A DNA stretch of 64,000 nt from Ostreococcus lucimarinus (lineage: Eukaryota): NCBI GenBank assembly GCA_000092065.1, contig CP000582.1; one strand, given 5' to 3'. Under the pieces are notes generated by a model. The model did not search any database and was not told where the DNA came from. It was given only the letters and a program-made list of their open reading frames with translations. This document shows positions 8,810 through 19,332 of the stretch, piece by piece. Within the stretch, counting starts at the first letter, position 1, and each line of letters opens with the position of its first letter. The position numbers and the translations under genes were made by a program.

Positions 8810-10345
8810 ATGGCGCCCGGAACGCCGACGCTGCGGCGGCAGGGCACGGCGGAGTTCTTGGGCGCGCTGCTGCGGTCGGAATCGGCGCACGACGTGGCGC
8901 AGGAGGCGGACGTGGACGACGGGAGGGTGGGGACGCTGACGAAGACGCGCGTCGACGGCGACGACGACGCGTGGGCGAACGCGAGCGAACCTGGAAGCCC
9001 GTTCACGGGCGCGCGCGTGGGAATGCGACGACGGGGGAGCGGGCAGAGCGCGCGAGGGCTGCCGGTGGATCCGTTTCCGCTGAGCGAGGTGAGTAGGTTC
9101 GAGAGGGGGGACAGTCTGCGGGGAGGCGACGGGTTCGGCGAGGCGACGACGACGACGACGGATGGGCGCGAGACGGTGACCGAAGACGTCAAACGCGCGA
9201 CGACGGCGACGGTGACGATGGTGAAGAGCGTGCGGAAGAGCGCGAGGAACGCGGGGAAGTCTGGAACGAGGACGACGGCGGGGAAGAAGGCGTCGGGAAG
9301 CGCGAAGAGCGCGGCGCCGAACGCCGGATTCAAGTCCGCGGCGTTCGGTAAGGTGAACGCGCAACACGGGGCGAACGATGCGGGCGATCATCACGGATGG
9401 ACGTACATTCCTAAACGTGCCGATCGTCGACGCGCTATCGCGCGATTTACGACCGCGATCATTCGCGCCGCGGGGCATCAGAGTTTCATAAGTCGCGAGG
9501 GCGTGGGCTATCGCAGAGCTTTCGATAGATTTCTTTTGGAGACGTACGGGGACACGTTCGCGGAGGGTGGATACTGGTACAAGAACGCCGAAATCGAGCC
9601 GTTTTTTCGTATGATTCTCTTCATCGCCACGGAAGGGAAGATGAACATAGCGAACGACGACGTGAAGTATTTATTCACGAAGAAGGAGGAGCGACAGGCG
9701 GCGGAGTGGGTGCTCGACGAGGACGTCTTGGCCAGACTCGGACTGACGGCCAAGGATGTCGCGCTGGTGTACGAGGGTCAACCGAGAAAGACGTCCAAAG
9801 GATTCGTGCGCGGCACGCCTCTGAAGGTCCCGCCTTCGACGCACATGCCCCCGGAGCCCGCGCCGTCTTTGGAAGCCGTGGTGCGCGCCAAGACGACCAA
9901 CTCCGCCGCCATGCCACCGCCACCGCCTCGAGCGCGCACGCCCTCCATCGTGCAATCGGCGGCGATGAGCGAAACCGGCGACGCGGCGAGCTCCATGATC
10001 GGCGTTCCGATGGAGATTCAAAAACTCTTTGAGCAAATTCCGAAACCAAACATTCACCCCGGATTGAGCGCGACGAAATCGAGACAAATGTCTCGACAGT
10101 ACTCGAGCGATCTCTCTCGGCTGATGAGCGAATTCAACACCGATCCCGCGCAAGGCGATGAATTCGTGCGCCAGTATCTCCAGCGCAGCGCGAGCGAACT
10201 CGACGCCATCGCGGCGATTCAAGGCAGCGAGAGCAAGGCAAAGTCGCGCGCGGCGGCGGCGGCGAACAAGAAACCCGCGGTCAAGAAATCGACACCCACT
10301 AGCACCACAACCAGCGCGTCTCGCGCGTCTAAACGTAAGCGCTAA
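8810..10345 (+). CDS. Hypothetical protein with basic C-terminal tail (KRKR)
   Basis: A 511-aa ORF with a non-repetitive central region (GWTYIPKRADRRRAIARFTTAIIRAAGHQSFISREGVGYRRAFDRFLLETYGDTFAEGGYWYKNAEIEPFFRMILFIATEGKMNIANDDVKYLF) and locally lower GC at 9420-9700. The tail is Lys-rich and NLS-like. Family not recognised. Confidence 0.4.
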   Translation: MAPGTPTLRRQGTAEFLGALLRSESAHDVAQEADVDDGRVGTLTKTRVDGDDDAWANASEPGSPFTGARVGMRRRGSGQSARGLPVDPFPLSEVSRFERGDSLRGGDGFGEATTTTTDGRETVTEDVKRATTATVTMVKSVRKSARNAGKSGTRTTAGKKASGSAKSAAPNAGFKSAAFGKVNAQHGANDAGDHHGWTYIPKRADRRRAIARFTTAIIRAAGHQSFISREGVGYRRAFDRFLLETYGDTFAEGGYWYKNAEIEPFFRMILFIATEGKMNIANDDVKYLFTKKEERQAAEWVLDEDVLARLGLTAKDVALVYEGQPRKTSKGFVRGTPLKVPPSTHMPPEPAPSLEAVVRAKTTNSAAMPPPPPRARTPSIVQSAAMSETGDAASSMIGVPMEIQKLFEQIPKPNIHPGLSATKSRQMSRQYSSDLSRLMSEFNTDPAQGDEFVRQYLQRSASELDAIAAIQGSESKAKSRAAAAANKKPAVKKSTPTSTTTSASRASKRKR

Positions 10346-10450
10346 TTGATGACCGATGCCACACCGTTACTGTAACACCGATCGATAAACGAAGACGAAG
10401 ACTTCGCGCTCGCCCGCTCGCGTCGCGTCACTCGCCGCCTCCCCTTTCCG

Positions 10451-11443
10451 ATGTCGATCGCCCCTCGCCTCGACGCGCCCGCGCCGTGTCCTTCGCACCG
10501 TTTCGTGCGGTTCACCCACGGCGCGTCCTCGACCGCGCGCGTGGGCGTGTTGCTCGCCGAGGACAAACACTCCAAGGCATCACCCAGTTCGGGACATCAC
10601 CAAACAGTGTACGCCGCGAAATTCCGCGATAAACGCCGCGACGGCGCGCAAGCGGTCGTCTCGCGAACGATGCGCGAGTTATTGACGATGTTCTACGCCC
10701 TCGATGCGTACGAGATGACGCTGGACGCGGACGATGGATGGACGCTCGGAAACGTGACGCTGCTCGCGTGCGCGGACGACGACGCAAAGGTGTGCTGCGT
10801 GGGGAAGAATTACGTCGAGCACGTCGGTGAGGTGGACACGCAGATGCCGGGAATAAGTAAAACCGCGATACCGGAGCTGCCGATTATTTTTCCCAAGGCG
10901 TCGACGTCGTTGTGTGGGTCGGGGACGTCGGTGGAGTTGCGCGAACGCGAGGACGTCGATTACGAGGGCGAGCTGACAGCCATCATAAAGCGCGAGTGCA
11001 AGGACATCTCGGACGACGCGAGCGATGTGGATGTCATCAGCACCTACGTCGCCGGTTGGACGATCGCCAACGACGTGACGGCGAGAGTACTGCAAAAGAG
11101 TCACCAGCAGTGGTATCTGGGCAAGAGCTGTGACGGATTTTGTCCTCTGGGGCCGTGGATCGTGGCCGGGCACGACGCTCTCCCATCCGCCGCATCATTG
11201 GTCACAAAAGTTAACGGTGAGATCCGACAAAACTCCACCGTCGACAAGATGATTTTCAGCACCGCGGAACTGATCAGATGCGTGTCCAAATATCAAACCT
11301 TGCGTGCCGGCGACGCGATATTAACGGGAACGCCGAGCGGCGTCGGCGCCGGTTTCAATCCCAAGCGATTCCTGCGCCCTGGCGACGTCGTGGAGATTGA
11401 AATAGAAGGCATCGGCGCGCTCGTGAACGACTTTGTAGCGTAG
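10451..11443 (+). CDS. Fumarylacetoacetate hydrolase (FAH) domain protein, FAHD1-like
   Basis: FAH-fold motifs: VGKNYVEHVGE, IFPKASTSL, DYEGELTAII, GWTIANDVTAR, WYLGKSCDGFCPLGPWIV, GDAILTGTPSGVG. Confidence 0.7.
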   Translation: MSIAPRLDAPAPCPSHRFVRFTHGASSTARVGVLLAEDKHSKASPSSGHHQTVYAAKFRDKRRDGAQAVVSRTMRELLTMFYALDAYEMTLDADDGWTLGNVTLLACADDDAKVCCVGKNYVEHVGEVDTQMPGISKTAIPELPIIFPKASTSLCGSGTSVELREREDVDYEGELTAIIKRECKDISDDASDVDVISTYVAGWTIANDVTARVLQKSHQQWYLGKSCDGFCPLGPWIVAGHDALPSAASLVTKVNGEIRQNSTVDKMIFSTAELIRCVSKYQTLRAGDAILTGTPSGVGAGFNPKRFLRPGDVVEIEIEGIGALVNDFVA

Positions 11444-11503
11444 CACCATAGAATTGTAAAGTCGTCGTCGAAATCCGCGCGCGACGCCGCACTCCGCGAC
11501 GCC

Positions 11504-12227
11504 ATGGCGTTCCGCCTGCCTTTGGCGCACCCCGAATCCGCCCGCGCGCGCGCGCGCGTGATCTCTAACGCCAAGGGACGCAACAGTCGCGCGCGAGGCG
11601 GCGAATACAACAAGAAGCGCGCCGGCACGGAGGACGAGAGCGAAGATGCCTTAGCCATTGAAAGATTGGAATCTACCGCGCGTTCATCGCGTTCGAGCGC
11701 GTACGACGCCAAAAAGTTGGCGAAAATGAAAGGTACGAGCGCGTTTCGTGTGTGTGCGCCACCGACTGACGAGGATGATCGTTTCGCGCGCAGCGCAAGC
11801 GGATATCCGTCAACGCGAGGAGTCGACGAAGCGCGCGGCGTTCGACACCAAGTACAAAGCGCGCCAGCGAGAGGGCTTGCCGCAAGTCGTCACGGATAGG
11901 ATGTTGAAGCGAGTCGGGATCTTTTGCGGGACGCCGTTGGTCCTCGGGTTCATGACGGGACCGGCGTTTTATTACGCCAAAGTCATCGCCAAACTCGAGG
12001 TGCCGAGCTGGGTATTCTTCGTGTCTTCCACGGCGACGTTCGGGGCGGCGGTGGTCGGGATCAGTTACGGTGTTTTGAGCGCGAGTTGGGATCCTCGAAT
12101 GGAGGGGTCGTTTTGGGGTGGGAGCGAATTCAAACAAAACGTGCCGATAGTCGTGTCCACCATCATGGGTAAAGCGCGCGGGGAGGTTCCGATCGAGTGG
12201 GACGACGAGACGGACGAGGATATTTGA
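11504..12227 (+). CDS. PAM68: PAM68-like thylakoid protein (DUF3464), two exons
   Basis: Proposed model is join(11504..11732, 11794..12227) with a 61-nt GT-AG intron (gtacgagcg...ttcgcgcgcag), donor after AAA ATG AAA G, phase 1. Exon 1 supplies a presequence (MAFRLPLAHPESARARARV...) and a KKLAKMK basic stretch. Exon 2 matches the PAM68 core: KARQREGLPQVVTDRMLKRVGIFCGTPLVLGF...YYAKVIAKLEVPSW, GISYGVLSASWDP.EGS. Without splicing, only an ORF with no plausible N-terminus remains. Confidence 0.5.
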
Positions 12228-12275
12228 TTTGAAATAGAAGAACTAATGGTTACATTCGTTGATCCACGTCTAGCG

Positions 12276-13643
12276 CTAGATGAACTTGCCAGCTTCAGAC
12301 GCGGCGACGACGCGCGTCGATCGGACCACAGATTCCGGTCGTTGCGCGACACCGAGTTGGCTCTCCTTTACCGACTCTGCGCTCGCGTCGGCGACGCTGG
12401 CGGTGACGTTTTCAGCACTCTCTACGACGGCTGGAGTCGCGTCGACCTTCGGCGTCGTGTCCACGATGGGCGCACGAGCGTGCGGCTCGCCCATCTTTGC
12501 CTTGCGCTCCGACGTCAACCCATCGTACCAATTCTCAGCGTTGTACGAGAAGCACTCTAAATCTCCGTTTTCACACAAACGATTGATCCACCAATCGACG
12601 TTTGTGAGCGGTGTAGCCTTCAAGTGCGCGGAGATGCCGTCCATAAATGATTTGGACACCATGTAAAAGTTCGACGGCAACGCCTCGCCGACGATCGTCG
12701 CTGTGTTCTTGTAGAGCACGTAAGGCTTTTCCCACGCCTTGTTACTAAACAATGCCTCGGGATGACGCAAATTATCTTCGTTCACCCCACGTTCGCCGCG
12801 ATCGAGGAACAAAACGTCCCACTTCTTCGGCCCGCGGAGCAAAAAGCTCAGGATGAAGGAATCAAACTCGAGCGGAGGTCCGCAGTGAGAGTTAATGTAT
12901 GCATCCGGCGTCGCGATGATGAGCGAGGACAATCCTTCCTCTTTCGCTTTTTCCCACGCCAACAGCGCGCTAAACGCCGGTCCGACATCTGCCCTAGCGT
13001 TGATTCTATCCGCGTTCAACCGCTCAAACTCGCTGTGAATGGCGTCAAACGCCTCGTACGCCGCCGAATCCTTCACCTTGAGGTTGATCGACGCCTCACG
13101 AAGCTCATCCGTGGGCCAATCTGCGAAATCGTGCATCACTCCGCGTTCAACGTCCTTGTCGCCGTCGACGTGATACAAATTCCAGTTTGATTTCGTCGTT
13201 TCAAAAGCGCGCTCTGGCGCGTCTCGCGGCAGCAGCTTGACCGTGCGAGGAAACTTCGTTTGACCGATGAGTAAATCCACCCCTTTCGCGTCCCCGAGCG
13301 CCGCCGTAGAGGATGACGACGCTCGTGCGTGCATCGCACATCCGGCGAGCGCGCTCAAACCGACGCAAGACGCGACGAGCGCGCGACGAAGGTTGAAGTC
13401 GAGGACGGTGTTGACGAACGACTTCGAGTTCGCGCGCGCGTCGCCGCCGTGAAGCAACGAGGAAGTCGGCGCGCTCGACGGAATGTCCGTGACGACGGTG
13501 GCGACAGATGTTTCTCGCATCGCGCGCGAGTGCCGGACGTCCGGCCGTGCGCGCGCGCGTGTGCCGTGATGATCACAGCCCACCGGCAGGGTGTTGGGGC
13601 GCTCGACGAGGCTCAGGAAGTCGATTCCGGGACGCTCAAACAC
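12276..13643 (-). CDS. Hypothetical type-II membrane/secreted protein (possible glycosyltransferase-like)
   Basis: A 455-aa ORF with a hydrophobic anchor (LVASCVGLSALAGCAMHA) followed by a conserved-looking luminal domain (LIIATPDAYINSHCGPPLEFDSFILSFLLRGPKKWDVLFLDRGE, WEKPYVLYKNTATIVGEALPSNFYMVSKSF). I cannot assign a family with confidence. Confidence 0.4.
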   Translation of the reverse strand: MFERPGIDFLSLVERPNTLPVGCDHHGTRARARPDVRHSRAMRETSVATVVTDIPSSAPTSSLLHGGDARANSKSFVNTVLDFNLRRALVASCVGLSALAGCAMHARASSSSTAALGDAKGVDLLIGQTKFPRTVKLLPRDAPERAFETTKSNWNLYHVDGDKDVERGVMHDFADWPTDELREASINLKVKDSAAYEAFDAIHSEFERLNADRINARADVGPAFSALLAWEKAKEEGLSSLIIATPDAYINSHCGPPLEFDSFILSFLLRGPKKWDVLFLDRGERGVNEDNLRHPEALFSNKAWEKPYVLYKNTATIVGEALPSNFYMVSKSFMDGISAHLKATPLTNVDWWINRLCENGDLECFSYNAENWYDGLTSERKAKMGEPHARAPIVDTTPKVDATPAVVESAENVTASVADASAESVKESQLGVAQRPESVVRSTRVVAASEAGKFI

Positions 13644-13693
13644 GTCATGGGATTAGATTTCAACGATACGCTAAACTAAGAAACATCATCAAA

Positions 13694-15982
13694 TCAATTA
13701 CCGCCCACGAGGGAGTCAAAGTCCATGAGCTCACGGTTGTCCTCGTAAAACTGCTTGACGGCGTCGAGGGAGCGAGTGCGAATGGTGGAGCTAATGGCGA
13801 CAAAATCCTTGCCGTATTGGAGCAGACCGGAGACGAATTTAGTCTTCTCCATGTCGGTCCACTCCGGACCTTTGCTTGGTGTCTTGGATGCGTTTTGTTT
13901 CGCCTCTTCAGCTTCCTTGGCGGCTTTGATTTTGGCCTTCTCGGCGCGCGCTTTGGCCTTGGCGGCTTTGGCGGCGGCGGCGAGCGCGGCGCGTTCCAGA
14001 CGCGCCTCGGCGGTGGGCGCCGCGCGCTCTTCGCGCTGAGCCTCGATGGTGGCCGGATCAATCGCTCGCATGCGCTGCGCATCGGCGAACGCGCGGCGTT
14101 TCTTCATCGCGGCACGACGACGACCGCGGAAACCATCGTCCGTCTTTTGGAATTTGTAGTAGTACATGACGCAGTCGCCCGTGTCGCGTCCCTCCAAGTG
14201 CTCGGCGATGCGACGGAAATTCTTGCCGTAAGACGCAAACCTTTCGTGAAAGATTGCCTTCTCTGCCTTGGTCCAAGGCCGGATGAGGTTGATGCGATCT
14301 CGCTCCGCCACCGGGTCTTCGACGAGGCCGTTTCTGCTGTCGAATATGGCGCAGCGTCGTTCCTCGGGGTCGAGAATCATGTTCGGAATCGTCGTCATGT
14401 GACGCAACTCTTCCGTGCGCTGCAATGCCTTGATCATTTGCATCTCTTCGTACTCCGAGCGCGCGACACCGCTGAGATCGTTCGTCGAACGATTTCTGCC
14501 GCTCGCTCTCGAGCCCGGAGTGAAAGTTTTCTTGCCGCCGACAAACTCCTTGGCGAGCCTGTCGTTCGCCTCTTGAATTATCTTTACTCGCCAGATCTCG
14601 CGCTGCTTGAGGTAAGCCAGTGCGTTGGTGTAATTCTTATCGGCGACGGCGTCCTTGCGCTTTTGCAAAACCTCTGTCACCTTGCGAGCGACTTCCTGCA
14701 TGTACGGAGTCTTTGCGCCCTCGACCACGTGAGCGACGACGGCGTCGAAATCGACTCGAGCGATGTCTTCCGGCAACGGTAGCCCGTATTCGTTCTTCAC
14801 GCGAACGATGGATTTCGCCGCGAGTTCCTTGTTGTGCTCCATATCGCGCTCGATGCGATCGCGTCGCGCCTCCTGACGTTCGAGCATTTTTTGAATCGCG
14901 CTCGCGGCGAACACCGCGGCGTCTTTGTTCAAACGCTTTACGTCATCCGAACCTCGCTGTTGTGCCCGTTTCATACTCGCGTCGCGCGCGAGCACCGACG
15001 CCTCGCGCATCTTCTGCGCCGCAAAATCCTGTGCTCGCTGCGCCGAACGCTCGGCGTTGCTCAGACGCTGACGAAGCGCCTCCGTCTCCTTCTTGTGTCT
15101 AGAAATCTCATCCTTTGACCCAGCCGCCGCGCCGAGCTTCTCTTCCTCGGACGAGTTCTTCAAAGCTTGCAATTCTTTTTCCAAGCTCGCGACTTCGCCG
15201 TCGACGCGTTCCATCTGCCCCAGAAGCGCTTCCTTGGTCACCTTTAAGCGTTGCTCCGCCGCCTTGGCCTTCTTCACCGTCTCCGGATCAACGGAGGCAG
15301 CCTTCGGCGTCGCCTTCATTTCCGCCGTCGCCGGTGTCGTCTGCGCGCGCGCGGTCGCCGCCCCCCATCCACCGCGATCGCTCGTCGGCGTCGAAGCGTC
15401 TTTGAATTGCGGCGTCGCCGTCGCGGACGCCGGCGACCCCGCTTTGGCGCGCAAATCTCCAAACGATCCCATGGACTCCTCCCCTCGACCCAAGCCCGGC
15501 GCCCCTCGCACTTCACCCTCGTCCGCGACCTCCTCTCCTCGCAGCGAACTCGGCGCGTCCGTCCCTCCCGCCGTGGTCGGCGTCTTCGCCCTCGCCAACG
15601 CCTGTCCCCAACCCCCGATTTTCCGCTTCTTCGGCGTCGCATCGCTCGTCGGCGTCGGCGTCGGCGTCGCCCGCGCGCTCCCGATCCCGATCTCCCCGCT
15701 CTCCATTCCGCTCGACGCCCCCGTCCCGCTCCTCGCCGCCTCCACGCGCACCGCCGGCGGTCGCTGCTGACTCAACAGGCTCGGCCTTTCCCGCACGCTC
15801 GCCAGCAAACTCGGTCGCGCCGCCCCCATTCCCGGCGGCGGCGCCGCGTCGAACCCCGGTCGCGGCGCCGCGTTCATCCGTCCCATCGTCGGCACCGCGG
15901 GCGTCATCCCCGGCGGCGGTCCTCCCGTCGCCGTCGCCGCGCGCGCGCGATCGTCGTCTCGTCCCCTCGCGTAGTCAAACAT
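13694..15982 (-). CDS. Dual SANT/Myb-domain coiled-coil protein, NCoR/SMRT-like corepressor
   Basis: Two SANT domains near the C-terminus (WTKAEKAIFHERFASYGKNFRRIAEHLEGRDTGDCVMYYY and WTDMEKTKFVSGLLQYGKDFVAISSTIRTRSLDAVKQFY) are preceded by a long Lys/Glu/Ala coiled-coil. ORF 13694..16663 is trimmed to Met at 15982 so that it does not overlap the divergent peptide deformylase gene. Confidence 0.5.
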   Translation of the reverse strand: MFDYARGRDDDRARAATATGGPPPGMTPAVPTMGRMNAAPRPGFDAAPPPGMGAARPSLLASVRERPSLLSQQRPPAVRVEAARSGTGASSGMESGEIGIGSARATPTPTPTSDATPKKRKIGGWGQALARAKTPTTAGGTDAPSSLRGEEVADEGEVRGAPGLGRGEESMGSFGDLRAKAGSPASATATPQFKDASTPTSDRGGWGAATARAQTTPATAEMKATPKAASVDPETVKKAKAAEQRLKVTKEALLGQMERVDGEVASLEKELQALKNSSEEEKLGAAAGSKDEISRHKKETEALRQRLSNAERSAQRAQDFAAQKMREASVLARDASMKRAQQRGSDDVKRLNKDAAVFAASAIQKMLERQEARRDRIERDMEHNKELAAKSIVRVKNEYGLPLPEDIARVDFDAVVAHVVEGAKTPYMQEVARKVTEVLQKRKDAVADKNYTNALAYLKQREIWRVKIIQEANDRLAKEFVGGKKTFTPGSRASGRNRSTNDLSGVARSEYEEMQMIKALQRTEELRHMTTIPNMILDPEERRCAIFDSRNGLVEDPVAERDRINLIRPWTKAEKAIFHERFASYGKNFRRIAEHLEGRDTGDCVMYYYKFQKTDDGFRGRRRAAMKKRRAFADAQRMRAIDPATIEAQREERAAPTAEARLERAALAAAAKAAKAKARAEKAKIKAAKEAEEAKQNASKTPSKGPEWTDMEKTKFVSGLLQYGKDFVAISSTIRTRSLDAVKQFYEDNRELMDFDSLVGGN

Positions 15983-16259
15983 GCTCGGTCTTCGCGGCGC
16001 CGGCGCCGCGCCGCGTCCCGGTTCCGTCCGCATCGCGCGCGCGAGATGTTCCTGCGCCGATTGATCGCGATTCGGCGTCGCGCCCGGCGCGCGCGGCGCC
16101 GCGCGACCCCAATTCCCGACCGCCGACCCGCGCGCCACCGGTCGCGTCGGCGCGCCCGCGGCGTCGCGCCGCATCCCCGGCGGCACCGCCGGCGCGGTCG
16201 ACGCGTCCGGCGCGCCTTCGCCGCTCGTCGGCCGCGCGCGCGGCGGCGAACGATCGCGC

Positions 16260-17132
16260 ATGTCGCGCGCGCGTCGCGATTTGATGTCGATCGCCACACC
16301 TCGACGCATGGCGACGCGCGTTCGCGCCGCGCCGACGCCGCGCGCGGCGCCGCCGCGACGCCGCGTCGCGCGACGCGCGTACGGGACGTCGACGCGCGAC
16401 GGGACCTTCGTCGAGGGGCCCGGAAACGCGTTCGGGCGATTGATCGACGCCGCGCGAGGCGCGCGCGACGTCGTCCAGGCGGGCGCGCCGGCGCTGCGAG
16501 ACGTCGCGCGCGCGGTCGACGTCGACGAGATCGACTCGACGGAGATCCAGGAGTTGATCGCGGAGATGCTGCGCGTGTGCAGAGCGCGCGGGGTGGGGCT
16601 GGCGGCGCCGCAGCTGGGGGCGCGGCGACGCGTCGTGGTGCTGGAGGACACGACGGAGGGCATGTCGGACGAGACGAGCGAGGCGCTGGCGATGAAGCGA
16701 CGCGAGGCGTTCAGAGCGAAGGTGATCGTGAATCCGACGCTGACGCCGATCGGGGACGCGAGCGCGGCGTTCTTCGAGGGATGCCTGTCGGTGGCGGGAT
16801 ATCGCGCGGTGGTGCGGCGACACCTCAGGGTGCGGTGTCGAGGGTACGGCGGCGACGGGAAGCCGGTGGATTTCGAAGCCGTGGGGTGGGAGGCGAGGAT
16901 TTTGCAGCACGAGGTCGATCACCTGGACGGGGTGCTGTACACGGATCGCATGGAATCGCGAACGCTGCGAAGGGTGGATTTGCTCGACGAGCCGCTGCCG
17001 GGGGATCACCCAGAGTTCGGCGAGGCGGTGGTGCTCGGGGAATCGACCGCGCCCGTGCGGCGGGGCCCGGGCGCGAGCGCCGCGGAGGACGTCGAGGCGC
17101 GCGTCAAGGCTCGGAAAAATCGTAAAAAGTAG
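16260..17132 (+). CDS. PDF: Peptide deformylase, organellar
   Basis: The three PDF motifs are present: GVGLAAPQLG (motif I), FFEGCLSVAGYRA (motif II, EGCLS) and QHEVDHLDG (motif III, HExxH). The N-terminus is presequence-like. An alternative start is at 16308. Confidence 0.75.
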   Translation: MSRARRDLMSIATPRRMATRVRAAPTPRAAPPRRRVARRAYGTSTRDGTFVEGPGNAFGRLIDAARGARDVVQAGAPALRDVARAVDVDEIDSTEIQELIAEMLRVCRARGVGLAAPQLGARRRVVVLEDTTEGMSDETSEALAMKRREAFRAKVIVNPTLTPIGDASAAFFEGCLSVAGYRAVVRRHLRVRCRGYGGDGKPVDFEAVGWEARILQHEVDHLDGVLYTDRMESRTLRRVDLLDEPLPGDHPEFGEAVVLGESTAPVRRGPGASAAEDVEARVKARKNRKK

Positions 17133-17836
17133 AGTCGGCGGCGAGAAATCGAAAAGGAGCGCCGTCGGCGAGAAATCGTACAAAGGAGAGCCGCGAGTGT
17201 CGGCGTAGAATCTTAGCGACTCTTTAGCGCATCATTTTTAACGCATCGAACATTCGCGCGACCGCTCGCGTCTCGAGCTCGCGGAGCGTCGTCTTCGTCG
17301 GGTTTTCGCGCCGTTCGCCGCGCGACGCGAGGGCGAGGGTTCGCGCGCGCGCGCGAACCGCACTTCTCGGCGCGCGTCGCACGTCGAGGTCGTCGCCGAC
17401 GTCCCGTTCGCCCCAAAGGTGACAGACGACGGCTTGCGCGACTGTTAAGCCCCACGCGCGCGCGTGGTGACGCGATCGACGCGAGATTCAACGCGAATTC
17501 GCGTGAATTTCAAGAAAGCGAGATCGCGACACAAACGGCTCGCGCGCGCGTTCAAAGCGAACTCGCGAGCGAGACGCGCGCGCAAAGCGTGAAAAGGTTT
17601 GTGTTCTTTCGTTTGAATCGGTAGCGCCGCCGAGTGGCATAGCACGTGCTCGAGCATATCGGTGAATACACATACAGCAGTTGTCGTAGCAGACGCGCGA
17701 GAGATCTCGAGCGCGGTTTTCGTCGATTGACTCGATTCCTCGCTCGCTCGCTCCCGGCGTGCGTGCTGACGTTTGACTTTTGGCTTTTGCGCACGCGTTC
17801 GCGTCGTGTTGTTGTTCAATCGTAGCACTCGCGAAG

Positions 17837-19234
17837 ATGTCTGGAGAAGAGTTTGAAGAGTACGCCTCGGCGTTGAGCGAACTCGTGATCAATAGCAAAC
17901 CGATCATCACATCGCTCACGATTTTAGCTGGAGAGATTGCGGGGAACGATGAAGCGCGAGCGGAGGCGATCGCTGAATTGATTCGTGGCCACATCAGAAC
18001 GGCGCCGGCGAAGACGAAACTTTGCGGATTTTATCTATTAGACAGCGTGGTGAAGAATCTTAGAGGACCTTTCGTCCGTTGTTTTGCGACCGGTTTGAGC
18101 GATTTATTCCTACCCGCGTACGCTAAAGTCGACATCACACAGAAAAAAAGCATGGCGCGCCTGTTTAACACGTGGAGGCCCGTCTTCCCAGCTAGCGTTT
18201 TAGATGAAATTGAACCGCACATCGCGCCGCGCGCCGCGGCGCCGACGCAAGCGCCTCGAGCGATCGCACCGGCGCCGACGCAGTGGCAAGCGCCGCAGCA
18301 GCAACAGTGGGCACCAACTGCACAGCAATGGACGGGTTACGGCGCCCCAGCGGTGCAGCAACCTTATGCAAACTATGGTCACGTGCCACCGCCGCCGCCC
18401 ACGTTGGCGGGAGCAGCGGGAGGTCACATGCTCGCAAACATGCTCCAGAGTGGGAGCGGTGGCGACCTTTCCGCGCTTATCGCTTCTTTGGAGGCGAAAA
18501 AGGCGCCTCCATTGGCCGTGCCGATCGCCACCGCTCAGCCAATGGCTACGACGCGACCGGGTGAACTCCCGGCGTTGACGGCGGATTTCGACCCGAAGAA
18601 AGATTTAGGTGAGCTTAGCAAACGGCGAGAGAGCGTCATTCGCTCGCTTTACTTTGAACTTCCATTTCAATGCGTCCAAACCGGTCGTCGTTTCCGACAA
18701 CGGGCCGAGCTCGACGCGCACATGGATTGGCTGCACGCTCGTCGCCGCCGCCGCCGAGACGGCAAGGTGAGCCGCAAATGGTTCGTCGATGTCAACGCCT
18801 GGCTCAAGGGGTTGAAGACGATGGCCGAGGACGCGTTGAACTTCTTCGGCGGTGAAGACAAGGACAGCGCCGCCGAAGTCGAAGCGGCAGCCGCGGTGGA
18901 TGAGAACGTGAGCGTCCCCGTGGACGAATCCCAACCGACGTGCGCGCTCTCTGGGGAAGAGTTTGAAACCTTCTGGAACGAGGCCGAGCAGGAGTGGCAC
19001 TATCGCGGCGCTATCGTGCTCGATCGCGCCGTCGGTGGCGCCAAGAAAGGTTCGATCGTCCTCGCGCGCGCCGTGCCGAAGAAACGCGTTGCGGCGAAAG
19101 GCAAAGCCAAGGCGACGGCGACGGTGAAAACCGAAGACGCGGGCGCGAGGCGAAGCGCGCGAGGCGTCAAGACCAAGGCTGACGACGAACCCTTGGAAAC
19201 GAGCCCGGCAAAACGCACGCGAACGCGCAAGTGA
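17837..19234 (+). CDS. PCF11: PCF11-like cleavage/polyadenylation factor (CID domain)
   Basis: N-terminal CID/RPR domain (EEFEEYASALSELVINSKPIITSLTILAGE..., CGFYLLDSVVKNL). A Gln/Pro-rich middle region is followed by Pcf11-type C-terminal zinc-binding segments (FQCVQTGRRFRQRAELDAHMDWLH; CALSGEEFETFWNEAEQEWHYRGAIVL). The start is at the Met beginning MSGEEF. Confidence 0.6.
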   Translation: MSGEEFEEYASALSELVINSKPIITSLTILAGEIAGNDEARAEAIAELIRGHIRTAPAKTKLCGFYLLDSVVKNLRGPFVRCFATGLSDLFLPAYAKVDITQKKSMARLFNTWRPVFPASVLDEIEPHIAPRAAAPTQAPRAIAPAPTQWQAPQQQQWAPTAQQWTGYGAPAVQQPYANYGHVPPPPPTLAGAAGGHMLANMLQSGSGGDLSALIASLEAKKAPPLAVPIATAQPMATTRPGELPALTADFDPKKDLGELSKRRESVIRSLYFELPFQCVQTGRRFRQRAELDAHMDWLHARRRRRRDGKVSRKWFVDVNAWLKGLKTMAEDALNFFGGEDKDSAAEVEAAAAVDENVSVPVDESQPTCALSGEEFETFWNEAEQEWHYRGAIVLDRAVGGAKKGSIVLARAVPKKRVAAKGKAKATATVKTEDAGARRSARGVKTKADDEPLETSPAKRTRTRK

Positions 19235-19332
19235 ATGAGTGATTAGTACGAAGTAGTACGAGGCTTAGAATTGAAATCAATGACTAGGAACGCAGCCGAA
19301 GAGAATCCCGACGCCGACGCGACCTTTGCGCC

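Noticed and set aside
8332-9333. Upstream 334 codons of the GAE ORF (7099..9333, minus)
   Set aside because: Ser/Pro/Arg-rich filler with no similarity to GAE N-termini. The plant-type GAE start with its TM anchor is at 8331, and a divergent plus-strand gene starts at 8810.
15251-17125. 624-aa Arg-rich plus ORF
   Set aside because: Extreme Arg content (RRRRGRRRPR...). It is antisense to the SANT-domain gene and overlaps the real peptide deformylase in another frame.
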